From a virus (lineage: Duplodnaviria > Caudoviricetes), in the IMG/VR virus record IMGVR_UViG_3300020391_000476, positions 1-59,896 of that record: a DNA stretch of 59,896 nt. One strand, given 5' to 3'. Below are positions 1-9,579 of the stretch, in pieces (positions within the stretch are counted from its first letter, which is position 1; every line of letters starts with the position of its first letter). The position numbers and the translations under genes were made by a program. The notes beneath the pieces were generated by a model that worked only from the letters and a program-made list of their open reading frames with translations, searched no databases and was not told the origin of the DNA.

Positions 1-1210
1 GAACTTTTAACATTTTCTTCCATAATTCTTTTGCAGGAGTAACTCGGTAATTTTTTATTAAACCTTTTTCTGCTTCACCGCATAATTGATTATATTTTTT
101 GTCAAATTCATTTCCGAAACAATCATGAAGGGCAGTTTCTTTAGGGTCAAAAAAGTACCATGCATCATCATTTTGAACTCTTCTCATAAATTCGTCTGGA
201 ATCCATGAAGCGGTATTCATGTCATGGCATCTTAATCTGTCATCCCCAGTATTTCTCCTAAGGTTTAAAAAGTCTTCAAAATCTAAATGCCAAGGTTCGA
301 GGTATGCGCACCCTGCGCCTGGACGTTTTCCGCCTTGATTAACAGCAACCAATAGATCGTTGTAAATTTTTAACCAAGGTACCAAGCCACTAGATATCCC
401 ATTAGTACCCTGGATATGAGAGCCTGTTGAACGAAATGGTGTTACATCTAAGCCTAGTCCACCAGCGTACTTAGATTTTCTAGCTTCTTGCCAAGCTCCA
501 TCAAAAATTCCATCAATACTGTCATCGAAAGTGTTTAAATAACAAGAACTTAATTGAGACTTGACTGTGCCGCTATTAAATAATGTGGGAGTTGAGGAAG
601 TATAAAGCATTTGACTTAACATGTCATAAAACTCTATAGCTTTTTCAGTTTTATCTTTTTCATTTATCGCTAAACCCATCGCAATTCTCATCCAGAAACA
701 TTGAGGAGCTTCCATTATTTTATCGTCTTGCCTAATAAAATATCTATCAAAAAGTATTTGTATACCTAAATACTTAAATTTTTTATCTCTTCTGATTTTT
801 AAAGCTTCAGAAAGTTTTTGTAAATCAAAGTCGAGCAGTTTCTTGTTGAGGCGGTTTAACTTTACTAGTTTTTTTGTATTTTGTATAAAACTCTTTCTGT
901 ACTGAAGAGAAAAAGTATCTGAGTCTACTCCTTCTTTAAATACTTCTTTATATAAGCAGTTAAGTAATAGTCTTGCAGCTGCAAATGAGTAGTTAGGTTC
1001 TTTTTCTATCTTTTCTCTAGCTGACAAAATAAGAGCCGTGTCTATTTCTTTTGTGGTAATTTTATCAAAAAGTTGAAGTTGAGCATCTAAAACAATTTCA
1101 CTGGCAGAAACATCTTCTATCTCTTCACAAGCTCTTTGAGCGCTGGCGTTAATCTTATCTACTTGAAACTCTTCTAAGCGGCCATTGCGCTTTTTAACTT
1201 TTATATCCAT
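1..1210 (-). CDS. nrdA: Ribonucleoside-diphosphate reductase alpha subunit, class Ia, with N-terminal ATP cone (3' end runs off the window)
   Basis: Not in the ORF track; translated by hand from ATG at 1210. MDIKVKKRNGRLEEFQVDKI (ATP cone), STPTLFNSG, QLSSCYL, SKYAGGLG, NQGGKRPGAGCAYLEPWHLD. The frame stays open to the window edge. Confidence 0.95.
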   Translation of the reverse strand, partial: MDIKVKKRNGRLEEFQVDKINASAQRACEEIEDVSASEIVLDAQLQLFDKITTKEIDTALILSAREKIEKEPNYSFAAARLLLNCLYKEVFKEGVDSDTFSLQYRKSFIQNTKKLVKLNRLNKKLLDFDLQKLSEALKIRRDKKFKYLGIQILFDRYFIRQDDKIMEAPQCFWMRIAMGLAINEKDKTEKAIEFYDMLSQMLYTSSTPTLFNSGTVKSQLSSCYLNTFDDSIDGIFDGAWQEARKSKYAGGLGLDVTPFRSTGSHIQGTNGISSGLVPWLKIYNDLLVAVNQGGKRPGAGCAYLEPWHLDFEDFLNLRRNTGDDRLRCHDMNTASWIPDEFMRRVQNDDAWYFFDPKETALHDCFGNEFDKKYNQLCGEAEKGLIKNYRVTPAKELWKKMLKV

Positions 1211-1219
1211 GGACTAATT

Positions 1220-1224
1220 TACAC
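1220..1224 (-). promoter_or_regulatory. GTGTA element, 9 nt upstream of the nrdA ATG
   Basis: Minus strand reads GTGTA-AATTAGTCC-ATG. The same spacing occurs before the ATGs at 53125 and 56801. Confidence 0.6.
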
Positions 1225-1280
1225 AGGGGTTAAGGTGTATTCCTTAAAATTAAACAATAACTTTGATTTTGTGATAATAA

Positions 1281-1315
1281 CAAAAGAGTTAGTGTATGGC
1301 AACACTAAACTTCTT
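1281..1315 (-). terminator. Probable intrinsic terminator downstream of gmd
   Basis: Minus strand TTAGTGT-TGCCAT-ACACTAA stem-loop followed by CTCTTTTG, about 30 nt after the gmd stop. Confidence 0.45.
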
Positions 1316-1343
1316 AAAAGTTATTAACAATTTATAAACGGAT

Positions 1344-2387
1344 TTACAATTTCGATTTAAATAGCTCATAATCACTGAGATACATTTTTTTTACAAGACT
1401 TTTAAAAGTTATTTTGGGTTTCCAGTTTAAATGTTTTTCAGCTAAAGAATAGTCGGCGCAAAGTTTGTGGACTTCTGCTGGCCTATAAAAATTTGAGTCT
1501 ATTACAATAATTGGATTTTTTTTGTAAAAATATTTTTCGTTCTCAAATTCTCCTTCTCTTGTAAAATCAATGTTAGCGCAAGCTAAACATGTTTCTATAA
1601 AATTTCTAACTGAATTCATTTTTCCAGAACCTATGACGTATTCTAAAGGTTTGTCTTGGTTTAACATTAACCAGACAGATTTTATAACATCTTCTGCGTC
1701 AGACCAATCTCTTTTTGCATCTAGATTTCCAAGTCTAATTGGCTCAAAACTTTTGTTTTTTTCTATACAGTGTTTTATTCTAGCTATCCCGTGACTAATT
1801 TTTCTGGTCACAAAATCTAAACCCCTTCTTGGTCCTTCATGATTGAATAACCAGCCTTGTATGGCGTAAAGATTATAAGATTCTCTGTAAACTCTAACAA
1901 TATGTCTTGCTGCGCATTTTGCAGCTCCATAAGGAGATTGGGGTCTAAGTGGGTGAGATTCACTTTGAGGTGTAGAAATTACGTCTCCAAATTCTTCAGA
2001 AGAACCTGCGTTATAAAAGCGGCATTGGGGGGCAAATCTCCTTATTGATTCAAGGATATGGAGAACTGCATCAGCATCTGTGTTCCAAGTTTGAATTGGA
2101 TAATTCCAACTGCCAGCGACAAAAGATTGTGCTCCAAAATTTATAAAATAATCTGGTTGTATATCAATGATAACATCTCTTATACTATGAGCGTCATTCA
2201 AGTCCATATTAAGCAGCTTGAACCTAGGCTCATTTTCTAAATGCAAAATATTGTCATGATTTTTAACGCTAAGCCTGCGGGCAGTTCCGTATATTGTAAA
2301 ATCACTTTCGCTAAGTATTTGCAGTAAATAATCTACCATGTGACTGCCGTCTTGACCTGTGACGCCTGTTATTATAATTTTTTTCAT
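1344..2387 (-). CDS. gmd: GDP-mannose 4,6-dehydratase
   Basis: IITGVTGQDGS Rossmann motif, AQSFV, AGSSEEFG, catalytic PYGAAK, FNHE, FVTRKI, LGNLDAKRDW, YRPAEV. Confidence 0.95.
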   Translation of the reverse strand: MKKIIITGVTGQDGSHMVDYLLQILSESDFTIYGTARRLSVKNHDNILHLENEPRFKLLNMDLNDAHSIRDVIIDIQPDYFINFGAQSFVAGSWNYPIQTWNTDADAVLHILESIRRFAPQCRFYNAGSSEEFGDVISTPQSESHPLRPQSPYGAAKCAARHIVRVYRESYNLYAIQGWLFNHEGPRRGLDFVTRKISHGIARIKHCIEKNKSFEPIRLGNLDAKRDWSDAEDVIKSVWLMLNQDKPLEYVIGSGKMNSVRNFIETCLACANIDFTREGEFENEKYFYKKNPIIVIDSNFYRPAEVHKLCADYSLAEKHLNWKPKITFKSLVKKMYLSDYELFKSKL

Positions 2388-3019
2388 GAATTGTAAGACA
2401 CAAGTGGCGCATCAAGGTAAATGCCCCTGTATTTATTAAATACTAAATCTTGACAAAATTTACCATCTTCTTTTCTGTAATAAAGTCTAGATTCATTAAA
2501 TTTTAATGTTTTAAATATTTCTGTTTTTATCGTTATATGTGCATGATGAATGGATAGATTCTTATCTATATGTAAATTTGTACAAGCATGATTTATGCTG
2601 AAATTATGATATATGTCAATATTTAAAGATTTAAGCGTTTGAAATTTTGAGTTATTAGTTTGGTAATTATGAAGTAAAAAATCGTAACCTTGGATGTAAT
2701 GTTTGCAAAATTCAATTTTTTGAGGATGAGGAATGTCGTCAACATCAAAAAACATAATATACTCCGCATCACTCATTAATGCTCCTGCGTTTCTGGCAGA
2801 TGACTGCATCCACCTTTCTTCTTGATTTGTGATTTTTATTGGAACAGCATTGCCGCAAATTTTAAAATTTTGATATATTTCTAAAAATTGATTCTTAACG
2901 CCGCTTGAGGATATTATAATTTCGTCTGGTGATATTGTTTGTTTTTGGAATTCATTTAATAATCCATCAAGCAAATGAAAGTCTAAGTCGCAACACGTGA
3001 TGCATAGAGATAAATTCAT
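2384..3019 (-). CDS. Glycosyltransferase family 2 (GT-A fold)
   Basis: QTISPDEIII, SARNAG, FFDVDD (DxD), KED acceptor-site motif. Confidence 0.85.
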   Translation of the reverse strand: MNLSLCITCCDLDFHLLDGLLNEFQKQTISPDEIIISSSGVKNQFLEIYQNFKICGNAVPIKITNQEERWMQSSARNAGALMSDAEYIMFFDVDDIPHPQKIEFCKHYIQGYDFLLHNYQTNNSKFQTLKSLNIDIYHNFSINHACTNLHIDKNLSIHHAHITIKTEIFKTLKFNESRLYYRKEDGKFCQDLVFNKYRGIYLDAPLVSYNS

Positions 3020-3898
3020 TTAACGTAAGAAATGAGAGCGTCTAGAACGGAAATAAATCTCTATAGTTTTATGGAGATTGTTTAGTTTAAAAAACTTGTT
3101 GTATATCTCATGCCCGTTTTTAATCATTACCCGCGCAACATTTTGAGGAGGTATCATATTAATGACACTATCTACAGAGGATTCACTAACAAAGATACAA
3201 GAGTCTTCCCAGTTTACATGGTTAGAGATTGGCATCTCTAACCCATCAGAGAATATCACAGGTATAGAGCCTAGCGCAAAAGAATCCCAAATTCTTATGG
3301 TTGATGGGCCTGTCCCACGAGGACATAACGAAAAAACGCACTCTGATAAAGATTTTGCATAATCGGTCTCCATTTGGGCGCGAGCTTCATCGCTTTTCTC
3401 AAAGTGCCATGCGCCTGTATCTATTAAGTTGAAATCAGGATGATTTTTGTAATGATTGAATATTTTTTTACGAGTTTCATGGGTGCAAGAGGCTCCATGA
3501 AAACAAAAAAGATTAGGACGATTAGAGAGGGGTATGGGTTTCGCTATAGGATCAAAGGGGGTGAAGTGAGGTATAGATATATAATTATCCCCTTTGGTAG
3601 CATGTGGAGTAAAAAGAAGACAATTCTCGGGCATCACCAAACGAATAACATCTATATGCTGACATATGAAAACTAAAGTTTTAGTTATAGGGTATCTCTC
3701 TCTGAGAGACTGTAAAAAACGATTAATTAATAAAATGTTTCTATTATTTTTGTTAATAAGATCGGCAAAGGGAAACTTCATAAAAAGATAGTCTTCTTTA
3801 ATCTTAAGGTTTTCTTTTTCTAAGTTACCCCAAATAGTTTCTTCTGTGGAAACTAAGTCTTCACAATAATCAAAGCTTAATATTTCCTCTATAATCAT
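3020..3898 (-). CDS. Exostosin-family (GT47-like) glycosyltransferase
   Basis: FCFHGA, SECVFSLCPRGTGPSTIRIWDSFALGSIPVIFSD and P...VNW match the exostosin pattern. Confidence 0.85.
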   Translation of the reverse strand: MIIEEILSFDYCEDLVSTEETIWGNLEKENLKIKEDYLFMKFPFADLINKNNRNILLINRFLQSLRERYPITKTLVFICQHIDVIRLVMPENCLLFTPHATKGDNYISIPHFTPFDPIAKPIPLSNRPNLFCFHGASCTHETRKKIFNHYKNHPDFNLIDTGAWHFEKSDEARAQMETDYAKSLSECVFSLCPRGTGPSTIRIWDSFALGSIPVIFSDGLEMPISNHVNWEDSCIFVSESSVDSVINMIPPQNVARVMIKNGHEIYNKFFKLNNLHKTIEIYFRSRRSHFLR

Positions 3899-4512
3899 TG
3901 GGCGTCCTGATCGTAACGAACAAATGTATACTCTTTGCCATTAGGGGTGTACTGCATCGTATATTCCAGTTCGTGAAGTTTTTTAAGGCAGTTAAGCGTG
4001 TCCTGCTCAGTAAAATGAGTGCAAAAATGATGGAACTCTATGCAGAGTTGAGGTACCTTTAGTTCTTTAGTATTTTCTATTATTTCATATTCCGCTCCCT
4101 CTATATCCATTTTTATTACCGCAGTATCTGGGTGTAAGAATAGGAGTTCATTTAGTGTTATAGTGTCACAAATGTGAAATTCATCGGAAGAGTTTTCGTT
4201 AGAGGATAAAATAGACTCAGATACATAGTCGGGGTTTTTTTGTTTAAAAATCTTTATATTTTTGTCCCCAGAGCCAATTAAAGCTTTTTTGATTAAATGA
4301 AAATTAGGAATGTCTTGGGACGCAATGAAATCATGGGATTTAGGAGTGGGGTCCACGCCGATGATAGAGCACGATTTAAGGTTAATCAGGTGTAGATCAA
4401 AGGTTATATCCTCTCCCACTCCCGCAGATATTATTGTAGAACGCTCAGGTATGAGATCGGGAGAAAGAAACCACCCTCCATAATCACTACCCATATAGTT
4501 AAAATTAATCAT
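3895..4512 (-). CDS. FkbM-family SAM-dependent methyltransferase
   Basis: GSDYGGW, ISAGVGEDITFD, VDPTP, IKMDIEGAEY, QLCIEFH. Confidence 0.9.
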   Translation of the reverse strand: MINFNYMGSDYGGWFLSPDLIPERSTIISAGVGEDITFDLHLINLKSCSIIGVDPTPKSHDFIASQDIPNFHLIKKALIGSGDKNIKIFKQKNPDYVSESILSSNENSSDEFHICDTITLNELLFLHPDTAVIKMDIEGAEYEIIENTKELKVPQLCIEFHHFCTHFTEQDTLNCLKKLHELEYTMQYTPNGKEYTFVRYDQDAQ

Positions 4513-5344
4513 TGTATGTGATGTAAGATGAAAGTAAATTTTTGGAAGGTCCTTGAAATTGTAAACTATGGAATTTCACTTTTTTGTTATGGATTAGGTT
4601 ATAACCATAAGGATGATTATTTTTCATTTTTATTTCCTTAACGCCTTCATTCATGCGATATTCGTTGTCTAAATGATTGGTGGAATTATTTATGCTATGG
4701 TCAAACGAAGAGTCTTTATGGGAAATACTCGTTAATATGGTGGCAGGAGAAATAAGCTGAGAAAAATGCCACAGGGCGGTCATGTCGCAGACCCCTCCAG
4801 CTAGGTTATTTTCTTTATGGTGAGTCCATTTGGGTTCAAGGAGAGTGGTGAATTTTGATTTATCTTCGTAGAGAGATAACAAAAATTCGCAGAAAGCCTC
4901 GATTTTATTAAGGTTCCAATAAGAAGCTTCACCCGTAGCCGCCCACCTAAAATCTGGTTGATTGTCAGGTATCGAAAGGCCTAAATCAGGTTTATTGAAA
5001 TCGCTATAAGCTTCTTGAATGCATGAATAGATAAGATTGTCAGAGTCCGAATGAAACACAACATCTAGAGATTGGGCTTGCATGACATTTCGAAGGCATA
5101 TCCATCTTATAAAACTTAGGATTTCGAAGTTAGGATTATTGGTGTTAAGATGTCGATATGAGTTGAGGAATCGCTGCACATCCTTATTGTGATCATTGTA
5201 ATTAAAATGCACAACATTATCTACAGATCCTAGACGCGCATTAGAATCATCTCCAATTAAAATCGTTGGGTTTATGTGAGAAGACTGTTTTATTACATGC
5301 TCAAGGTAGGGCGCAAAGCCTAAATGGAAAAAGATAACTTTCAT
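4505..5344 (-). CDS. Putative glycosyltransferase (GT-A-like, DxD motif)
   Basis: ILIGD, F.RW, FHSDSDNL (DxD), CDMT, LQFQG..K; sits inside the glycan cluster. Confidence 0.6.
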   Translation of the reverse strand: MKVIFFHLGFAPYLEHVIKQSSHINPTILIGDDSNARLGSVDNVVHFNYNDHNKDVQRFLNSYRHLNTNNPNFEILSFIRWICLRNVMQAQSLDVVFHSDSDNLIYSCIQEAYSDFNKPDLGLSIPDNQPDFRWAATGEASYWNLNKIEAFCEFLLSLYEDKSKFTTLLEPKWTHHKENNLAGGVCDMTALWHFSQLISPATILTSISHKDSSFDHSINNSTNHLDNEYRMNEGVKEIKMKNNHPYGYNLIHNKKVKFHSLQFQGPSKNLLSSYITYND

Positions 5345-6003
5345 GTTAGTAAGTTAAATATAAAGTGCTTAACGGATTTCAATAGATTGATTTTATTCTC
5401 TAAGCCCACAGTGTAGTTTGCATGATGGACTAGCATAGTGGCTTTGCGATTTACCTCTATGTTAAAATACTCCTCGCCGTTGTAAATACGCCATTGATTG
5501 TCCATAGCCACAGTATAAAACTTAGACGATAAAGATTTGTAAGATATGCCTGAGGCGGGAAGCAGTTTATTCATTGCGTCTTGGTCTTCTAAAAATTCCT
5601 CTAGACGCTCTTCAATTTCTTCAAACAAAGACACAACCTTATCTGTACATCTCGTTATAAAAAACCCCGCGCATAGTCGTGTGCCGTCACTTTGAAAGGC
5701 CATATCTTTATCTCCTAGTTCTTTAATTAAAGTGGATTGAATGCTGCCATTTTTAGGGAAAAATTGAATATCACAGTCTCCGTGAACTATCATCCCTCCT
5801 TGATTTTCTTTTAAACCATTAATAATCACAGCAAGCTTCCGACGCATAGTATTGTTCCATCCATCTTCGCAGTAAGCTCCACTGGGACACTCTTGGTCGA
5901 ACTCTTCAGCTATCAGAGAAAATTCGTTGTGTGGGAAATTAGGAAGAAAGAAATCTTCATAAAGGCATTTATGACTAGGTGTATAAAAAGTGTAAAATTT
6001 CAT
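5341..6003 (-). CDS. Nucleotide-diphospho-sugar transferase (GT77/GT34-like)
   Basis: RRKL..I, HGDCDIQF (DxD), LCAGFF, EDQDAMN, HHANY. Confidence 0.8.
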   Translation of the reverse strand: MKFYTFYTPSHKCLYEDFFLPNFPHNEFSLIAEEFDQECPSGAYCEDGWNNTMRRKLAVIINGLKENQGGMIVHGDCDIQFFPKNGSIQSTLIKELGDKDMAFQSDGTRLCAGFFITRCTDKVVSLFEEIEERLEEFLEDQDAMNKLLPASGISYKSLSSKFYTVAMDNQWRIYNGEEYFNIEVNRKATMLVHHANYTVGLENKINLLKSVKHFIFNLLT

Positions 6004-6026
6004 TTATCAATAAGTTAACTGTATTT

Positions 6027-6821
6027 TTAGACATTTATCATACTGTTTATATTTCTTATTATTCTTCTTGCATTACCTGTATGAGTAGTCCCGTATTCTT
6101 TATATTTATCTCTAACCTCTTTTTCTTCGATCATTTTCCAAGAATGATTATTTGGATCAGTTGAAACCCCTGTAGGGTTATCATAATAGACACCAAGAAC
6201 GTCGTTTATCTTTTTCATTTTTGCTCCATTAGCGCCGCACCTTAGCCAAAATTCGTTGTCTGCAGCCGACTTGTAAGACTCATTAAAAAAACCGAATTTG
6301 TCATGTAAGGATTTCCTGTAAACAGGGGATTGGTGTGGAGGGTTGCAGTCTATTATATTTGCCATTGAGAAATCAGGAAAGTTGTACCTGAAAGCACTTT
6401 CTTTTAAAGCTACATCGTAACTGCAATTAATAGAGTTTGTTATAAGACTATCTGCGTAAACTAAATCAATATCTTTGTTTTGATCAAGATATGAGTGTTG
6501 AATTTCTAAAGCGTCTTTTCTTTTTGAATCGTCTAGATTTGCATTATTGAGCATTTCTCCAGAAGATTGTTGTATCGCTATATTCCAGCATGCATAGAGG
6601 CCTGGATCGCTGTCTAGTCTCAAATATTTAATATTTGAGTATTTGTCTTGGTAATTTTTTATTATTGTCGATTCTTGGTCTGGTGAGTTTGCGTCGATTA
6701 ATATCAACTCGCATTCATCAAAAATAGTTTGATTCGTTATATCATTCAGATAGTGGTCTATGTATTTGCCACCTTTAAATATTGAGCAAAAAATGCTTAC
6801 TTTAATTTTTTTACTTGACAT
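6027..6821 (-). CDS. Glycosyltransferase family 2
   Basis: VSIFCSIF, ELILIDANSPD, GLYACWN, NANLDD, SAADNEFWLR. Confidence 0.9.
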   Translation of the reverse strand: MSSKKIKVSIFCSIFKGGKYIDHYLNDITNQTIFDECELILIDANSPDQESTIIKNYQDKYSNIKYLRLDSDPGLYACWNIAIQQSSGEMLNNANLDDSKRKDALEIQHSYLDQNKDIDLVYADSLITNSINCSYDVALKESAFRYNFPDFSMANIIDCNPPHQSPVYRKSLHDKFGFFNESYKSAADNEFWLRCGANGAKMKKINDVLGVYYDNPTGVSTDPNNHSWKMIEEKEVRDKYKEYGTTHTGNARRIIRNINSMINV

Positions 6822-6843
6822 ACTGGATTTATTTATGTATAAT
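6815..6843 (+). promoter_or_regulatory. Consensus sigma70 promoter P1 for the plus-strand block
   Basis: TTGACA (6815-6820), 17-nt spacer, TATAAT (6838-6843): a perfect consensus. Confidence 0.85.
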
Positions 6844-6848
6844 TGTAT

Positions 6849-6868
6849 TCCTCAAACTTGTTTGAGGA
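6849..6868. promoter_or_regulatory. Palindrome or operator-like site at the P1 start region
   Basis: TCCTCAAAC-TT-GTTTGAGGA, a perfect 9-bp inverted repeat. Confidence 0.45.
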
Positions 6869-6920
6869 TATCTCTTACGTATTCTTATATTATTATCTAA
6901 CGTTAATCTTAATAATAATG

Positions 6921-6950
6921 TTGACATTACTTATGATATTATGTTAACAT
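6921..6950 (+). promoter_or_regulatory. Second sigma70-like promoter P2 upstream of the sigma factor gene
   Basis: TTGACA (6921-6926), 18-nt spacer ending in TGn, then TAACAT (6945-6950). It overlaps the palindrome TATGTTAACATA (6940-6951). Confidence 0.55.
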
Positions 6951-6973
6951 AGTCTCTTTTCAACAAATAATAC

Positions 6974-7606
6974 ATGAATCAATTTAATCATTTAATAGGA
7001 GAGGATATATCTGAAATGTCAGATATGGATCTGATAAACGGAATAAAGCGGCAAGGAAATTCAGGCGAATGTCTTTCTGAGTTAGTTTCTAGGCATAGTG
7101 GAATCTTTTTAAGCATGGTAAACAATTATACTCCGCCTTTAGTTTCTCCATACAAATCTCACAAAAACGAACTTATAGATGATAAGTGCTATTATATTTA
7201 TCAAGCCGCGCTTAAATATGACGATACAAAAAATACTAAATTTTCAACTTACTTAGGTAACGAAACCAGATGGATGTGTTTAAATTTATTTAACAGAGAT
7301 AAAAAAAGGAAAGTTACTGATATTGATCTAACTGACACTAGCGCAAAGCAAATCCCTGAAGACAAAGACGTAAATCAAGAACACTCAAAAAGAGATTTCC
7401 TTGACATAATTTTTAAAATGATAGAGAAGGACCCCGACTCAAGAATATCAAAAATTTTTAAAATGAGGTATAAAGACTCAGATACAAACAAAGTGACACC
7501 GTGGAAAAAGATAGGTGAAGAATTACAATTAAGTATTCAAGGATGTATAAACATTCACGATAAGACAATAGACAAAATCAAAAAGGAGTTAACAGCAGAT
7601 ATATGA
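6974..7606 (+). CDS. Phage-encoded sigma70-family RNA polymerase sigma factor
   Basis: Region 2-like L.ELV.RH.G...AALKYDDTKNTKFSTYL, and a region 4 HTH-like IFKMRY...TPWKKIGEELQLS. Confidence 0.8.
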   Translation: MNQFNHLIGEDISEMSDMDLINGIKRQGNSGECLSELVSRHSGIFLSMVNNYTPPLVSPYKSHKNELIDDKCYYIYQAALKYDDTKNTKFSTYLGNETRWMCLNLFNRDKKRKVTDIDLTDTSAKQIPEDKDVNQEHSKRDFLDIIFKMIEKDPDSRISKIFKMRYKDSDTNKVTPWKKIGEELQLSIQGCINIHDKTIDKIKKELTADI

Positions 7607-7986
7607 TAAATAAATTTATAGGAATAGGTAATCTTACGAAAGATCCAGAAAGTAAAAAATTAGGAGAATATTTTAAATGTGGATTCTCAATAGCTATAAA
7701 CTCAACCAAGGATGAAGTTATTTTCCTTGATATAGAATCGTGGGGAAAAACAGCTGAAAATTGTCAGAAGTTTATAAAAAAAGGTTCTCAAGTTTATATC
7801 GAAGGCAAAATAAAAATAAGTAAATGGGAAGATAAAAGTGGCAACAAAAAACAAAAATACTACATAAACGCTGACCTTGTAAGATTTCTTCAAAAAGATA
7901 AAAAGGAACATGACTCTTCTCCAAGAGAACCAGAGCCAGCACAAAGCGTAAAAGAAATCGTAAACGAAGAAGAAATGCCATTTTAA
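7603..7986 (+). CDS. ssb: Single-stranded DNA-binding protein
   Basis: INK...IGNLTKDPE, WGKTAE, KKGSQVYIEGKI, WEDKSG, acidic C-terminal tail EEEMPF. Confidence 0.95.
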   Translation: MINKFIGIGNLTKDPESKKLGEYFKCGFSIAINSTKDEVIFLDIESWGKTAENCQKFIKKGSQVYIEGKIKISKWEDKSGNKKQKYYINADLVRFLQKDKKEHDSSPREPEPAQSVKEIVNEEEMPF

Positions 7987-9071
7987 TGAATAAAATTAAC
8001 TACAATGGCCCCATCAATCCTTTAAGTTTTGGGAATGTATCTTACAATTTTTTAAAACATCTTTATAGAAAAGAGATTGAGGTTTGTTATTTTCCAATAG
8101 GAAATAATCTAGACTTCTCAGCTTTTGATAAAGCTGAAGACGATTTTAAAAAATGGGTTTACAGTAGCTATGAAAATCGTTATAAGAACTTATCATCTGA
8201 TTCTCCCTCGCTAAGGATGTGGCACATCAACGGTTCTGATATAAGATATGGTAAGCGTCAATTTTTATATACTTTTTACGAATGCGACCAACCGACATTA
8301 ATTGAAAAAAACCTTTGCAACTATCAGGATAAAACAATCTTTAGCAGTTCTCATGCTAAAAAAATATTCAAAGAAAACGGTTGTGATAATTCAGAATACA
8401 TACCAATAGGTTTCGATGAAGATTTTCACGAAACAGGTAAAACATATCTAGAAGATAAAGTTAGTTTTGGTATAGTTGGAAAATTTGAAAAAAGAAAGCA
8501 TACAGCAAGAATACTAAAATTATGGGCTGATAAGTATGGAGATAATGATAAGTATCAATTAACTTGCTCCATAACAAATCCTTTTTTTAAGAAAGAGCAG
8601 CAAAATTCTTTAATACTAAAAGCGTTAGAAGGTAAAATGTATAAAAATATTAACCTACTCCCATTCGTCAAAACTAATACTGAAATGAATGAAGTCTATA
8701 ATGCTATAGATATAAACCTAAGCGGCCTCAGTGGTGCAGAAGGATGGAATCTTCCAGCCTTTAACTCTACCTGCTTAGGTAAGTGGAGTATTGTTTTAAA
8801 TTCAACTTCTCATAAAGATTGGGCTAATAACGAAAACTCAATACTCATAAATCCCAGCGATCAAGAAGATATATATGATAAAATTTTCTTTACAGAAGGC
8901 GAGGATTACAACCAAGGCACAATGTCAACTTTTACAGACGATCAGTTTTACGAAGCTTGTGAACTAGCGGAAAAAAAGAATAAACAAAAAAATAAAAAAG
9001 GGGTAGAATTAATAAAACAATTTAATTACAATAAAACCATTGATAAAATATTACAATTAATGCAATCATGA
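7986..9071 (+). CDS. GT4-like (GT-B) glycosyltransferase
   Basis: SFGNV, IPIGFD, FGIVGKFEKRK, YNAID...SGAEGWNLPA. Confidence 0.8.
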   Translation: MNKINYNGPINPLSFGNVSYNFLKHLYRKEIEVCYFPIGNNLDFSAFDKAEDDFKKWVYSSYENRYKNLSSDSPSLRMWHINGSDIRYGKRQFLYTFYECDQPTLIEKNLCNYQDKTIFSSSHAKKIFKENGCDNSEYIPIGFDEDFHETGKTYLEDKVSFGIVGKFEKRKHTARILKLWADKYGDNDKYQLTCSITNPFFKKEQQNSLILKALEGKMYKNINLLPFVKTNTEMNEVYNAIDINLSGLSGAEGWNLPAFNSTCLGKWSIVLNSTSHKDWANNENSILINPSDQEDIYDKIFFTEGEDYNQGTMSTFTDDQFYEACELAEKKNKQKNKKGVELIKQFNYNKTIDKILQLMQS

Positions 9072-9256
9072 ATATTATAAAAGAAAATAACACAGTATTA
9101 CTTTGTTGCGGTAAAGGACGTTGTCCTGCAATTAAAAAATCAGAAGATCACGAAGGTATGTATGAATTAACAGATGATCTTGACAACAAAGTTATATTAG
9201 AAAAAAGTAATTTACTAGCAATTAGTGAAGCTATAAAATCTTTAGATGATGATTGA
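9068..9256 (+). CDS. Small hypothetical protein with a CCGxxxCP motif
   Basis: 62-aa ORF coupled to the upstream gene by an ATGA overlap and overlapping the next gene. Confidence 0.65.
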   Translation: MNIIKENNTVLLCCGKGRCPAIKKSEDHEGMYELTDDLDNKVILEKSNLLAISEAIKSLDDD

Positions 9257-9542
9257 GGTCATATCTTGCATTGGCTTAATGTGGATTTTAAAACACGGGT
9301 CAATATTGGATGCACCAAGAAAGTTTTTAACTTTTCATTCTAAAATACTATCCGAGCTTTTTAAATGCAGTCTCTGCTTAGGGTTTTGGAGCGGTTTAAT
9401 TATTGGGCTTTGTTCTTATTTTTTTATTCAAAAATCTAATGAGCTTTTTCTTTTACCGCTTGCTTCTTCAGCTCTTTGTTGGTTTTTTGATTCGCTTCTT
9501 GATTTAATTCAGTTATCTTCCTGTCGCTTAGATAAAAAGTAA
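9246..9542 (+). CDS. Small membrane protein, DUF1360-like
   Basis: Hydrophobic segments and ELFKCSLCLGFWSG (C-x2-C-x-G-F-W). Confidence 0.6.
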   Translation: MMIEVISCIGLMWILKHGSILDAPRKFLTFHSKILSELFKCSLCLGFWSGLIIGLCSYFFIQKSNELFLLPLASSALCWFFDSLLDLIQLSSCRLDKK

Positions 9543-9571
9543 TTGACATTCCATGTGCTGCGTTGTATAAT
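9543..9571 (+). promoter_or_regulatory. Consensus sigma70 promoter, probably leaderless
   Basis: TTGACA (9543-9548), 17 nt, TATAAT (9566-9571). The ATG at 9580 is only 8 nt further on, with no SD. Confidence 0.85.
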
Positions 9572-9579
9572 CTTGCATT

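Noticed and set aside
1570-7981. Short ORFs opposite the glycan genes and ssb
   Set aside because: They are antisense overlaps of well-supported genes, with no independent evidence.
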